From: Flexilinea sp.
GTDB taxonomy: Bacteria > Chloroflexota > Anaerolineae > Anaerolineales > Anaerolineaceae
Length of the DNA: 61,341 nt
Assembly: GCA_963643375.1 (NCBI GenBank)
Contig: CAVIKW010000001.1
Span: 1 to 61,341 of the forward strand
Reading direction: 5' to 3'
The notes under the pieces were generated by a model. That model ran no database searches. It was not told the DNA's origin and was given only the letters and a program-made list of their open reading frames with translations. Positions within the stretch are counted from its first letter, which is position 1. Every line of letters starts with the position of its first letter. Both the position numbers and the translations under genes were made by a program. Positions 37,703 through 48,892 of the stretch are shown here, in pieces.

Positions 37703-39001
37703 TTATTTGGTGAGATCGGCGTAGACGCGCTTGACGTTGGCAATCACGCGGTCGCGGTCAATGGTCAGGTATTCGCCGTTCTCGTAAAGAATACGGCCGT
37801 CGACCATGTTCATGCAGACGTCGGAGCCCTGCGCGGTGTAGCAGAGGCTGCCGGGGATGTCCGGATTCGGGATGAGGTGCGGCGCGTCCAGATTGATGGC
37901 GATGATGTCCGCCTTGTTGCCGACCTTCAGACAGCCGGTATCCGGGCGGCCCTGCAGCTTCGCGCCGTTGACCGTGGCCATGCGGAGGGTGTCGTTGGTG
38001 GTGACATTGGCGGCGTCATGGGTGAAGCCCTTGTAAATGATGGACGCCAGGTGCAGTTCCTCGAACATGTTCAGGTTGTTGTTGCTGCCGGCGCCGTCGG
38101 TACCGAGGCAGACGTTCACACCGGCGTCCAGGAACTTGCGGACCGGGGCGAAGCCGCTGCCGAGCTTCATGTTGGAGGAGGGATTCAGCACGACGGAGGC
38201 GCCGGTCTTCGCGAGAATGGCAATGTCGTCGTCGGTGACCCAAACGCTGTGGGCGCAGAAGGTCGGGTTCTCAAAGGTGCCGAGGTCGTAGAACCACTTC
38301 GCCGGGGTCTTGCCGTACTTCTGCACGCACTCGTCGTGTTCTTTCTTCGTCTCGGAGAGATGAATGTGCATATTCAAGCCGCGTTCCTTGCAGGCCTCGC
38401 TGTGCTTGCGGGCGAAGTCCTCACGGCAGGTGTATTCGGCATGGATGGAGAAGTCGATGCGGATGCGTCCGTCGCCGGCGTTGTGATATTTCTCGTAAAG
38501 GTCAAACGCTTCCTGCCGGCGGATGCTGTCTTCGTATTTTTCATTCGGGTCGAAGGTCTGGATCGGGCGGGCGATGTTCGCCTTGATGCCGGCCTTCAGG
38601 CACGCGTCAATCGTCTCGTCGGCGAAGAAATACATATCGGAGAAGGAAGTCGTACCGGAGGCGATCATCTCCAGCAGGGCAAGTTCGGCGCCCGCGCGGA
38701 CTTCACGGCCGGCGAATTTGTCTTCCAGCGGCATCATGTTGTCGAAGAGCCATTCCTGCAGCGGCAGGTCGTTGCCGAGGCCGCGGGTGAGGGTCATGGC
38801 GGCGTGGTTGTGGCAGTTGATGAGGCCGGGCATCAGCAGCTTATCCGTGAAGTCGCGGACTTCGTCATAGGCCTTCGCGGGCTTTTCCGTGCCGATGTAG
38901 TCAATCACGGAGCCGTCAACGCCGAGGAAGCCGTCTTTGATGACGGAGAAGTCTTTTTCGTTGGTGATGAGGATTGAAGCGTGTTCAAATAAAATGCTCA
39001 T
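37703..39001 (-). CDS. mtaD: 5'-methylthioadenosine/S-adenosylhomocysteine deaminase
   Basis: PGLINCHNH, HAEYTC, HIHLSET, AHSVW, NPSSNMKLGSG and GTDGAGSNN motifs. Lies between ahcY and mtnA. Confidence 0.85.
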   Translation of the reverse strand: MSILFEHASILITNEKDFSVIKDGFLGVDGSVIDYIGTEKPAKAYDEVRDFTDKLLMPGLINCHNHAAMTLTRGLGNDLPLQEWLFDNMMPLEDKFAGREVRAGAELALLEMIASGTTSFSDMYFFADETIDACLKAGIKANIARPIQTFDPNEKYEDSIRRQEAFDLYEKYHNAGDGRIRIDFSIHAEYTCREDFARKHSEACKERGLNMHIHLSETKKEHDECVQKYGKTPAKWFYDLGTFENPTFCAHSVWVTDDDIAILAKTGASVVLNPSSNMKLGSGFAPVRKFLDAGVNVCLGTDGAGSNNNLNMFEELHLASIIYKGFTHDAANVTTNDTLRMATVNGAKLQGRPDTGCLKVGNKADIIAINLDAPHLIPNPDIPGSLCYTAQGSDVCMNMVDGRILYENGEYLTIDRDRVIANVKRVYADLTK

Positions 39002-39016
39002 GTTTTTCCCTTCTGT

Positions 39017-39044
39017 AAAAAAATGACCCCGCGGACGGGGTCAT
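39017..39044 (-). terminator. Internal terminator between ahcY and mtaD
   Basis: Minus strand atgacccc-gtccgc-ggggtcat followed by a T-run. Confidence 0.7.
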
Positions 39045-39061
39045 CCATAAAAAACTCGTGA

Positions 39062-40306
39062 TTAAATCTGCCAGCTGTTCAGGTACTTTTCCTGTTCCGG
39101 AGTCAGGGTGTCAATCTTGACGCCCATGGTTTCCAGCTTCAGGCGGGCGACGTAGTCGTCGATTTCGCGCGGGACGGCGATGAGTTTCGCGGGGAGCTGG
39201 CCGCGGTGTTCGGCAACGTAGCGGGCGCACAGCGCCTGAATGGCGAAGCTCATGTCCATGATCTCAGCCGGGTGGCCGTTGCCGGCGGCAAGGTTGACCA
39301 GGCGGCCTTCGCCGAGGACATACAGCCAATTGCCGTTGGAGAGCTTGTAGCCCATGATGTTCGGCTTCATTTCCTTGGTCTCGACAGCGATTTCGGCCAG
39401 CTTGGCAACGTCAACTTCGACGTTGAAATGGCCCGCGTTGGAGAGCAGGACGCCGTCTTTCATTTCATAGAAATGCTTCTCGGTGACGACCATGTTGCAG
39501 CCGGTGGTGGTGATGAACAGGTCGCCAATCTTCGCGGCGTCGTCCATCGGCATGACTTCGAAGCCGTCCATGACCGCTTCAATCGCCTTCACCGGGTTGA
39601 CTTCGGTGACGATGACCTTGGCGCCGAGGCCCTTGGCGCGCATTGCGGCGCCGCGTCCGCACCAGCCGTAACCGGCGACGACAACGTGCTTGCCGGCGAC
39701 GATGAGGTTGGTGGTGCCGTTGATGCCGTCAAAAACGGACTGGCCGGTGCCGTAGCGGTTATCGAAGAGGTGCTTGCAGTCCGCGTCGTTGACATCGAAC
39801 ATCGGGAAGCGGAGCTGGCCGTCTTTTTCCATCGCGCGCAGGCGGACGATACCGGTGGTGGTTTCTTCGCAGCCGCCGTAGACCTTCGCTTCGATTTCGG
39901 GGTACTTGTTGTGCATCATGTTGAGAATGTCGCCGCCGTCATCAATGATGATGTCCGGATTCGCTTTGACGACGTATTCGATGCATTCGTTGTAAACTTT
40001 CTCGTCGCAGGCATGGAACGCGTAGACGTTCAGACCGCCGGCAGCCAGCGCCGCGGCGACATCATCCTGAGTGGAAAGCGGGTTGGACCCGGTGATATGC
40101 ATTTCAGCGCCGCCCGCGGCCAGAACACGGCAGAGGTACGCCGTCTTGGCTTCGAGGTGAACGGACAGAGCGATCTTCAGACCCTTGAACGGCTGATCTT
40201 TCTCAAACTGCTTCTGGATCGTGCGAAGCAGCGGCATGTTGCGGCGAACCCATTCAATCTTATCATTGCCCGACGGGGCGAGATTGATGTCGCGAATGTA
40301 ATTCAT
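39062..40306 (-). CDS. ahcY: Adenosylhomocysteinase (archaeal-like short type; possibly S-inosylhomocysteine hydrolase)
   Basis: HLEAKT, SNPLSTQD, DDGGD, EETTTG, KHLFDNRYGTGQS, GYGWCG and GRLVNL...GHP motifs. Confidence 0.93.
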   Translation of the reverse strand: MNYIRDINLAPSGNDKIEWVRRNMPLLRTIQKQFEKDQPFKGLKIALSVHLEAKTAYLCRVLAAGGAEMHITGSNPLSTQDDVAAALAAGGLNVYAFHACDEKVYNECIEYVVKANPDIIIDDGGDILNMMHNKYPEIEAKVYGGCEETTTGIVRLRAMEKDGQLRFPMFDVNDADCKHLFDNRYGTGQSVFDGINGTTNLIVAGKHVVVAGYGWCGRGAAMRAKGLGAKVIVTEVNPVKAIEAVMDGFEVMPMDDAAKIGDLFITTTGCNMVVTEKHFYEMKDGVLLSNAGHFNVEVDVAKLAEIAVETKEMKPNIMGYKLSNGNWLYVLGEGRLVNLAAGNGHPAEIMDMSFAIQALCARYVAEHRGQLPAKLIAVPREIDDYVARLKLETMGVKIDTLTPEQEKYLNSWQI

Positions 40307-40359
40307 AAGGTATCCTCCAAAATTTCCTATAAAGCAAAGGTTTTAATATTCCTCTCTAT

Positions 40360-40388
40360 ATGATAGCACAAACGGCCCGAATCGTCAA
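40360..40388 (-). promoter_or_regulatory. Sigma70 promoter of ahcY
   Basis: Minus strand TTGACG-17 nt-TATCAT with an extended TG. Confidence 0.7.
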
Positions 40389-40425
40389 AGGGAGTAATGA
40401 CGCAAACCGCGGTCACACTTCGACG

Positions 40426-40457
40426 AAAAAAGCCGCTCCCTTGAATGGGAGCGGCTT
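40426..40457 (-). terminator. leuS terminator
   Basis: aaaaaagccgctccc/gggagcggctt. Confidence 0.75.
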
Positions 40458-40469
40458 CGCGGTTGGAAT

Positions 40470-42926
<2,457 letters not shown>

Positions 42927-42991
42927 TTCCCCTCCTTTATAAAGTTTTCATATACAATAAAAAACCTCTTCCAACAGGAAGAGGTTTTCAG

Positions 42992-43064
42992 TGGACCTAG
43001 TGAGATTCGAACTCACGACCTTCTCAATGCCATTGAGACGCGCTCCCAACTGCGCTATAGGCCC
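42992..43064 (-). tRNA. tRNA-Ala(GGC)
   Basis: GGGCCTA/TAGGTCC acceptor stem with G3:U70, anticodon arm tctca-atGGCat-tgaga, GTTCGAATC. CCA not encoded. Confidence 0.97.
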
Positions 43065-43102
43065 ATAATGTGGTTGTTTGCTTCGGGGCCGACTAAAAAA
43101 GG

Positions 43103-43175
43103 TGGACCTGGGGGGATTCGAACCCCCGACCTCTTCAGTGCGATTGAAGCGCGCTCCCAACTGCGCTACAGGCCC
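43103..43175 (-). tRNA. tRNA-Ala(CGC)
   Basis: GGGCCTG/CAGGTCC with G3:U70, anticodon arm cttca-atCGCac-tgaag. Confidence 0.96.
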
Positions 43176-43196
43176 CCATTTCCTGAAGACTTGATT

Positions 43197-43225
43197 ATTT
43201 TATGCTTATCCGCGGTTTCTGTCAA
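43197..43225 (-). promoter_or_regulatory. Promoter of the tRNA-Ala(CGC)-Ala(GGC) pair
   Basis: Minus strand TTGACA-17 nt-TAAAAT. Confidence 0.8.
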
Positions 43226-43298
43226 GAAATCTTTTTATTTTCATGACGCGGAAAATCAAGCCCGGCAATAAAAAATCTCTTCGACCGAAGAGATTCAG

Positions 43299-43371
43299 TG
43301 GACCTAGTGAGATTCGAACTCACGACCTTCTCAATGCCATTGAGACGCGCTCCCAACTGCGCTATAGGCCC
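43299..43371 (-). tRNA. tRNA-Ala(GGC), second identical copy
   Basis: Identical to 42992-43064, with its own terminator hairpin at about 43270-43295. Confidence 0.97.
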
Positions 43372-43390
43372 ATGTCCTAACGACTTTTAT

Positions 43391-43419
43391 ATTTTAGGCC
43401 CGCTCCCGAAATTTGTCAA
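43391..43419 (-). promoter_or_regulatory. Promoter of the second tRNA-Ala(GGC)
   Basis: Minus strand TTGACA-17 nt-TAAAAT. Confidence 0.8.
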
Positions 43420-43637
43420 GAAAATCGGAATTTTTGATTTTTTAGAGGGCGGTGAGGGAAAACGGCGCCGGGAACGAGTTCCGGGAATCTTGCACAATGC
43501 CTTCACCGCCGCGTTGCATGCGGTGCGGGAGCCGGAAACAAACCTGCCGTGGCCCCGATGATCCGCGAATTCCGCCCCCGAATTAAATAAAAAAAGACTC
43601 TCCCTGTTTGGGGGGAGAGTCCATACATTGCTAATGA

Positions 43638-43838
43638 TTATTTAGCAGTTTCTTCGACAGCAGCGTCGGCTTCAACAGCGGCGTCGGCAGCAGCTTCTTC
43701 AGCGGCAGGAGCTTCGGCAGCGGTTTCGGCAGCAGCTTCGGCAGCCGGTTCAGCGGTGGTTTCAGCCTTGTTGGAAGAGCAGGCAGCCATAACGAAGACC
43801 ATAACAACAACCATCAAAACAACCAAAAACTTTTTCAT
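43638..43838 (-). CDS. Small Ala/Glu-rich lipoprotein
   Basis: Lipobox MAAC, low-complexity AE tail, SD gaggag and a downstream terminator hairpin at 43592-43621. Confidence 0.8.
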   Translation of the reverse strand: MKKFLVVLMVVVMVFVMAACSSNKAETTAEPAAEAAAETAAEAPAAEEAAADAAVEADAAVEETAK

Positions 43839-43995
43839 TTTTATTATTCTCCTCTAAAGTTCAATTCTTGGCAATCCCTTTTTGATTGTCGATGGGTATT
43901 TTACTCGCTTTTCGAATTTATGACGGAAATCGATTAAAAATGTGACTTTTATTTAAGTTCCCTCATTCGAATCGCGAGGCCGCCCGGATTTACGC

Positions 43996-45030
43996 TCAGA
44001 TGTACTTCTCCAGCAGCTTCAGCGTATTCATCACCCCGTCCTTGTGGCTGCGTTCGTAGCCGTGGGAGGCGTACACGCCCGCGCCGATCAGGCCGTGGCG
44101 GACGTCATTGCCGGCTTTCAGGGTGACTTCAACGTCGGAGCCATAATGCGGGTAGACATCGACCGCGTAATCCGCGCCCGCGGCTTCGGCTGCGGCAATG
44201 AGGGCCTTGGTGGTCTGATAGGAATAAGGGCCGCCGGAGTCTTTGGCGCAGATGGATACCTGTCGTTCGGTGCACTGCAGGCCTTCGCCGACGCAGCCCA
44301 TGTCGATGGAGATGGCTTCCGTGACGCCGGCGGGGATGGCGGAGGCGCCGCCGTGCCCGACTTCTTCATAAACGGTGACGTAGCCCCAGGTGTGACGCTT
44401 GAGGGACGGCTTCTCGTCGCGGATGTACTTCGCGAGCCCGAGCAGGATGCCGACGCTCAGCTTGTCATCCAGGAAGCGGCTCTTGATGTAACCGCTGCCC
44501 GTGACGCGGGTGCGCGGCTCAAAGCAGACGAAATCGCCGACGGAGATGCCGAGTTCGCGAACGTCTTCGGCGGACTTGACGTCTTCATCGAGAACGACTT
44601 CCGTGGTCTCGAAGGTGCGTTTGATCTCCTTATAATCGCCGTTGACATGGATGGAGGCGTTGATCAGCTGGAGGGTGCCTTCGTAGACGCCGGAGAATTT
44701 CGTCGCGACGCGGCAGTTCTCGGCTTCGGTGTTGTTCGCGTTCAGCCCGCCGATGTTCTCAATGCGGAGACGGCCGTTGGACTTGATCTCGGCAACCATG
44801 CCGCCGAGGGTGTCCGCGTGGGCTTCAAAGAGGACGCCGCCTTCCGCGGTATCCGGTCCGCCGAAATCAATGATCACGCCGCCTTTGACGGTGTGCGTGG
44901 TTTTGAATCCCAGCTGCTCGAATTCACGGATGACGTACTGCTCAACCTCTTCGGTATAGCCGCTGGGGCTGTCAATGGCGAGAAGTTCGACCGTCTTCTT
45001 GACGGCGTATTCCATATATTCCTGTTTCAT
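43996..45030 (-). CDS. M42 family aminopeptidase
   Basis: SPSG, AHADT, SRFLDDK, YEEVG, IDMG and SHGYER metal-ligand motifs. Confidence 0.92.
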   Translation of the reverse strand: MKQEYMEYAVKKTVELLAIDSPSGYTEEVEQYVIREFEQLGFKTTHTVKGGVIIDFGGPDTAEGGVLFEAHADTLGGMVAEIKSNGRLRIENIGGLNANNTEAENCRVATKFSGVYEGTLQLINASIHVNGDYKEIKRTFETTEVVLDEDVKSAEDVRELGISVGDFVCFEPRTRVTGSGYIKSRFLDDKLSVGILLGLAKYIRDEKPSLKRHTWGYVTVYEEVGHGGASAIPAGVTEAISIDMGCVGEGLQCTERQVSICAKDSGGPYSYQTTKALIAAAEAAGADYAVDVYPHYGSDVEVTLKAGNDVRHGLIGAGVYASHGYERSHKDGVMNTLKLLEKYI

Positions 45031-45043
45031 TCATTCTCCTTGA

Positions 45044-46597
45044 TCAGCGGGGCGGAAGCGGCGTCGGAACGATGTGCGGCTGCTGCTTGGGTCCGCCGGT
45101 ATTCGTGTATGTAAAGACGTAGCTGACGGTTTTCGTACCGCGGGCAACGATGCCGTAGGTGTAGTCGCCTTTCCCGCCTCCCGGGCACATAACAATGGAG
45201 CCGGAGGGGTTATAGGTGCGGTAGAAGACTTTGTTGTTGATGGAGAGGCTGATATCGGTGGAGTCCGTCACCGTGATGTCGGTGGAGTCCGTCACCGTCC
45301 AGTAGACGGTCGGGCAGAATCCGTTGTCGCCTTTGTAATAATTCGGCTGGAAGCGGGTGATGACCGGAGAGGCGCCGACAACCGGGGCCGAGACCTGCTC
45401 TTCCGTGACGATGATGTTCACATCCAGCGTGGGACCGAAGAACGTTCCGTCCGGGGCGCGCATCTGGAAGTAGCCGACGTACTGTCCCGTGGCCTGCGGA
45501 GCTTCCATATCCATGGAGACTTCGACGACCGTTCCCGGGATGGTGCGCTGGGGGATGACCGCCGCGCGTCCGCCCATGTAATCGCCGCTGACGAACTCGA
45601 TGGTGTAGCCCTCGTACCATTTGCACGAGCCGTTGTTATACAGGCGCCAAATCTTCGTGAATTTCTGCCCCGGGTTCACCTTCGTCCCGTCCTGGATGGA
45701 GACGTCCGCCATGAAGACCATGACGTTCTTGCAATTCGCGGGCTGGTCGACCGGCGGGATGGGTGTCGCGGTCGGGGCGGGGACGTTCTGCGCGGCCTGT
45801 GCCTGAAGTTCGGAAGAACGGGAGATGAGGATCTCCGCTTCCTCGCCGCCGGCGGAATACTTGTCGATAAGCTGCTGCAGGGTGCCGTCGCTGCGCATAG
45901 CGTTCAAGGCGGCGTCGACTTTGTCAATCAATGCCTGATTATCAATCGCGGCGCCGAAAACGTAGTTCTCAACCGCGGCGCTGTCATTGACGATCTTGAA
46001 GCTGCCGCCGGCTTTGTAATCCTCCTCGTAGGTATCCTTATCCAGCATAACGAGGTCGAGAGAGCCGTTTTTCAGGGCTTTCATGGCTGCGTCGATGGTG
46101 GCGTACGTGAAGACGGACTGCGTGCTGATCAGGCCTTCGCCGACGAGGTTCGTTTTGACCCACTGGTCAAAGCTGGAACCGCGCTGGACGCCGACGCGCA
46201 TGTCCTTCAGTTCCGCGCCGGCGAGCGAATTCGGGAGGCCCGAATTGACGGAAGCGGCGAGGACAGCGTTGCCGGAATAGTAAACCGTGGAGAGGGCCGC
46301 CCATTCGGCGCGTTCCGCCGTGACGGAGATGCCGCCCGCGATGAGGTCGACCTGTCCGACTTCGAGGGAATCCTTCAGGCCGTCGAATGCCATATCGTAA
46401 TAGCGCATCGTCAGCCCGGCGCGTTCCCCGACTTCATTTAAAATGTCGATATCCAAACCGGTGAGGTTGTAATTGGAATCATAGTAAACAAACGGCCGAT
46501 ATTCGGCGGATGTGCCGACGTTCACAGTCTCCGCGGAAGCGGCGCAGACGGTCACGAGAACGGCGCAAAGCAGCAAAACCGAGCAGAGTCTCTTCAT
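45044..46597 (-). CDS. Secreted SBP family 3 + NBR1-like Ig + C-terminal Ig-like module fusion
   Basis: Signal peptide, YRPF..G.DID..ITAER-like SBP domain, PT linker, DVSIQDGT..PGQ.FTKIWRLYNNG.C.W domain and CPTVYW module. Confidence 0.8.
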   Translation of the reverse strand: MKRLCSVLLLCAVLVTVCAASAETVNVGTSAEYRPFVYYDSNYNLTGLDIDILNEVGERAGLTMRYYDMAFDGLKDSLEVGQVDLIAGGISVTAERAEWAALSTVYYSGNAVLAASVNSGLPNSLAGAELKDMRVGVQRGSSFDQWVKTNLVGEGLISTQSVFTYATIDAAMKALKNGSLDLVMLDKDTYEEDYKAGGSFKIVNDSAAVENYVFGAAIDNQALIDKVDAALNAMRSDGTLQQLIDKYSAGGEEAEILISRSSELQAQAAQNVPAPTATPIPPVDQPANCKNVMVFMADVSIQDGTKVNPGQKFTKIWRLYNNGSCKWYEGYTIEFVSGDYMGGRAAVIPQRTIPGTVVEVSMDMEAPQATGQYVGYFQMRAPDGTFFGPTLDVNIIVTEEQVSAPVVGASPVITRFQPNYYKGDNGFCPTVYWTVTDSTDITVTDSTDISLSINNKVFYRTYNPSGSIVMCPGGGKGDYTYGIVARGTKTVSYVFTYTNTGGPKQQPHIVPTPLPPR

Positions 46598-46763
46598 GGC
46601 TGTTACCTTCCTAAAATGTATGAATTCTCTCTTATTATAGCTGTAATTCCGCGGATATGCGCGGTATTTGTCTTATAATAAAAGCACTGGTTGAAACCTT
46701 TCATGCGGAAAACCGTATTAGGTTTAGAGAGAAACACAATTACTGAATAGTGAGGAATGTGTT

Positions 46764-48743
46764 ATGAAGAAATTTTTATTGTTTGTTGTCATGATGATCT
46801 GCGCGTTCGCGTTCACGGCTGTTTACGCCGATGACCTGGCGGACGTTCAGGCTGCGGGGGTGCTGAATTTCGGTACGTCCCCTTATTATATTCCGTTCGC
46901 TTATTACGATGAGTCCGGCGAAATGACCGGCATCGATGTCGCCCTGATGCAGGAAGTCGCCCGCCGTATGGGCGTCAGCCTGAAGAAGACGGATATCGCC
47001 TTCGACGGCTTGATTGACTCCCTCGAAATCGGCCAGGTGGATGTCATCGGCGGCGCGCTGACGAAGAACGATGAACGCGCGGAACGCATTGACTTCACCC
47101 GCATTTATTACAACGGCTCCGCGCTGTTCGTATCCAAAGCGGGCAAGACCGCCTCGGCGTCCGGCTACGAAGCTTTCCGCAACACCAAACTCGGCGTTGA
47201 AAAAGGTACGAGCTTCGAGCAGTGGATCCGCACGAATCTGGTGAACGGCGGCATCGTCAGCACCCGCAACGTCTACACCTATTCCAAGGTCTCCGATGCC
47301 ATGTCCGCGCTGGACCGCGGCGACGTTGATGCCGTGCTGATGGATCAGGATATCTATGAAGATCTCTACGCCAAGTCCGGCAAGTACACTGCCTACTACA
47401 GCGATGTGACGAAAGAGAACTACGCCTTCGGCTGCCGCAAGAACTCCACGCTGACCACCGTCATCAACGGCCACCTGACCGATATGATTAAGGACGGCAC
47501 CGCCCAGACGATCGCGAACCGCTTCTTCCAGACGGATTACTCCTCCGTTGTCACTTCTGTCGCGCGCCCGAGCCAGATCGCCACGCCGACCGCTTCCGCG
47601 AGCGCTTCCGTGATCATCCCGACCGCCGCACCTTCCACCTGCGTCAACTCGATGTCCTTCGTCAAGGATGTTACCATCACCGACGGCCATCAGGTCAAAC
47701 CGGGTGAGAGATTCACGAAGACTTGGCGTATCTATAACAACGGTACCTGCACTTGGACCCCGGCGTACTCCTTCGTGTATGTCTCCGGCGACCAGATGAG
47801 CGGCCGCAACATCAACATCCCGACCAATGTCGCCCCGGGCCAGACGATTGATATCTCCGTCGATATGATCGCCCCGAACGGCAACGGCACCTACCGCGGC
47901 TATTGGCAGATGCGCGGCTCCAACAATGTGAACTTCGGCGCCACGATCTGGTGCAAGATCCGCGTCCAGGGCAGCGCCCCCGCTCCGACCGCGACCCCGC
48001 GCCCGCAGGACGGCCAGAAGGCGGTCTACCCGTCCGTTGAGTACTTCTACCCGGATGCCTATTCCGGTGTGACCGGCGGCTGCCCGACTGTCTACTGGGG
48101 CACCAAGAACGCGAACACGGTCATCGTTACCGTTGACGGCGTCACCGCGAACACGTCCTACAATGCCTACAGCCAGGCGGTGATCTGCTCCTCCGCGTTC
48201 AATACACCCGGTACGCACACTATCCAGTTGATCGCCCGCAATGTTGTCGACGACACGTATTCTTCCTTTGGGTACACGGTGTATGCCGATTCGAAGGAAG
48301 ACGGACAGAAAGACATCCGCCCGTCGATTGACTACTTCTACCCGGATTATTACACCGGTATCGCCGGCGGCTGCCCGACCGTCTACTGGGGAACTTCGAA
48401 CGCGGACATGATTTACATCACCGTTGACGGCGCCACCGCGACGACCTCCTCGAATGCCTCCGGCGCGGCTGTTGTCTGCTCCTCCAAACTCGACAGCGCC
48501 GGCAGCCACACCATCGAGCTGCTCGCCCGCAATGTGGTCGACGACACGTATTCATCCTTCGGGTACACGACCTACACGGTCAACCCGGATCCGGTCTACG
48601 TCAACGACCCGGTCACCTACTCGGATGACTCCACGGTCTATTACGATGACTCGGACACCTATTATGACGATGACACCAACTTCGTGGATGACTGCCTCGT
48701 CTATGATGACGAGACGGATACCTGGTACTCGATTTGCGAGTAA
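46764..48743 (+). CDS. Secreted SBP family 3 + NBR1-like Ig + two tandem Ig-like repeats + D/Y-rich tail
   Basis: Paralog of 45044..46597. Repeats of about 97 aa start at 48009 and 48300. Confidence 0.8.
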   Translation: MKKFLLFVVMMICAFAFTAVYADDLADVQAAGVLNFGTSPYYIPFAYYDESGEMTGIDVALMQEVARRMGVSLKKTDIAFDGLIDSLEIGQVDVIGGALTKNDERAERIDFTRIYYNGSALFVSKAGKTASASGYEAFRNTKLGVEKGTSFEQWIRTNLVNGGIVSTRNVYTYSKVSDAMSALDRGDVDAVLMDQDIYEDLYAKSGKYTAYYSDVTKENYAFGCRKNSTLTTVINGHLTDMIKDGTAQTIANRFFQTDYSSVVTSVARPSQIATPTASASASVIIPTAAPSTCVNSMSFVKDVTITDGHQVKPGERFTKTWRIYNNGTCTWTPAYSFVYVSGDQMSGRNINIPTNVAPGQTIDISVDMIAPNGNGTYRGYWQMRGSNNVNFGATIWCKIRVQGSAPAPTATPRPQDGQKAVYPSVEYFYPDAYSGVTGGCPTVYWGTKNANTVIVTVDGVTANTSYNAYSQAVICSSAFNTPGTHTIQLIARNVVDDTYSSFGYTVYADSKEDGQKDIRPSIDYFYPDYYTGIAGGCPTVYWGTSNADMIYITVDGATATTSSNASGAAVVCSSKLDSAGSHTIELLARNVVDDTYSSFGYTTYTVNPDPVYVNDPVTYSDDSTVYYDDSDTYYDDDTNFVDDCLVYDDETDTWYSICE

Positions 48744-48753
48744 GTGAAACAAC

Positions 48754-48791
48754 AAAAAAGACTGCCGCTGAAATTCGCGGCAGTCTTTTTT
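48754..48791 (+). terminator. Intrinsic terminator
   Basis: aaaaaagactgccg/cggcagtctttttt. Confidence 0.75.
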
Positions 48792-48892
48792 GATTTTACA
48801 GCCGCGGATCTTCAATGCCTTTGACGCGGCTGTTCGAATTCGCTATAATAGGGTCGGAATGTGATTTATAACTTACGCTTCGGAGGCGAATT

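Noticed and set aside
40307..40360. SAH/SAM riboswitch upstream of ahcY
   Set aside because: The predicted leader is only about 47 nt, AT-rich and lacks the consensus.
42927..42991. T-box leader for leuS
   Set aside because: Only 65 nt separate tRNA-Ala and leuS. The hairpin there is the tRNA terminator and there is no T-box motif.
43448..43510. Possible ncRNA hairpin (ggcggtga/tcaccgcc)
   Set aside because: Short GC-rich pairing with no promoter or family match. It could arise by chance.
42948..43561. Short ORFs 42948..43160 and 43298..43561
   Set aside because: They overlap tRNA-Ala genes and are not coding.
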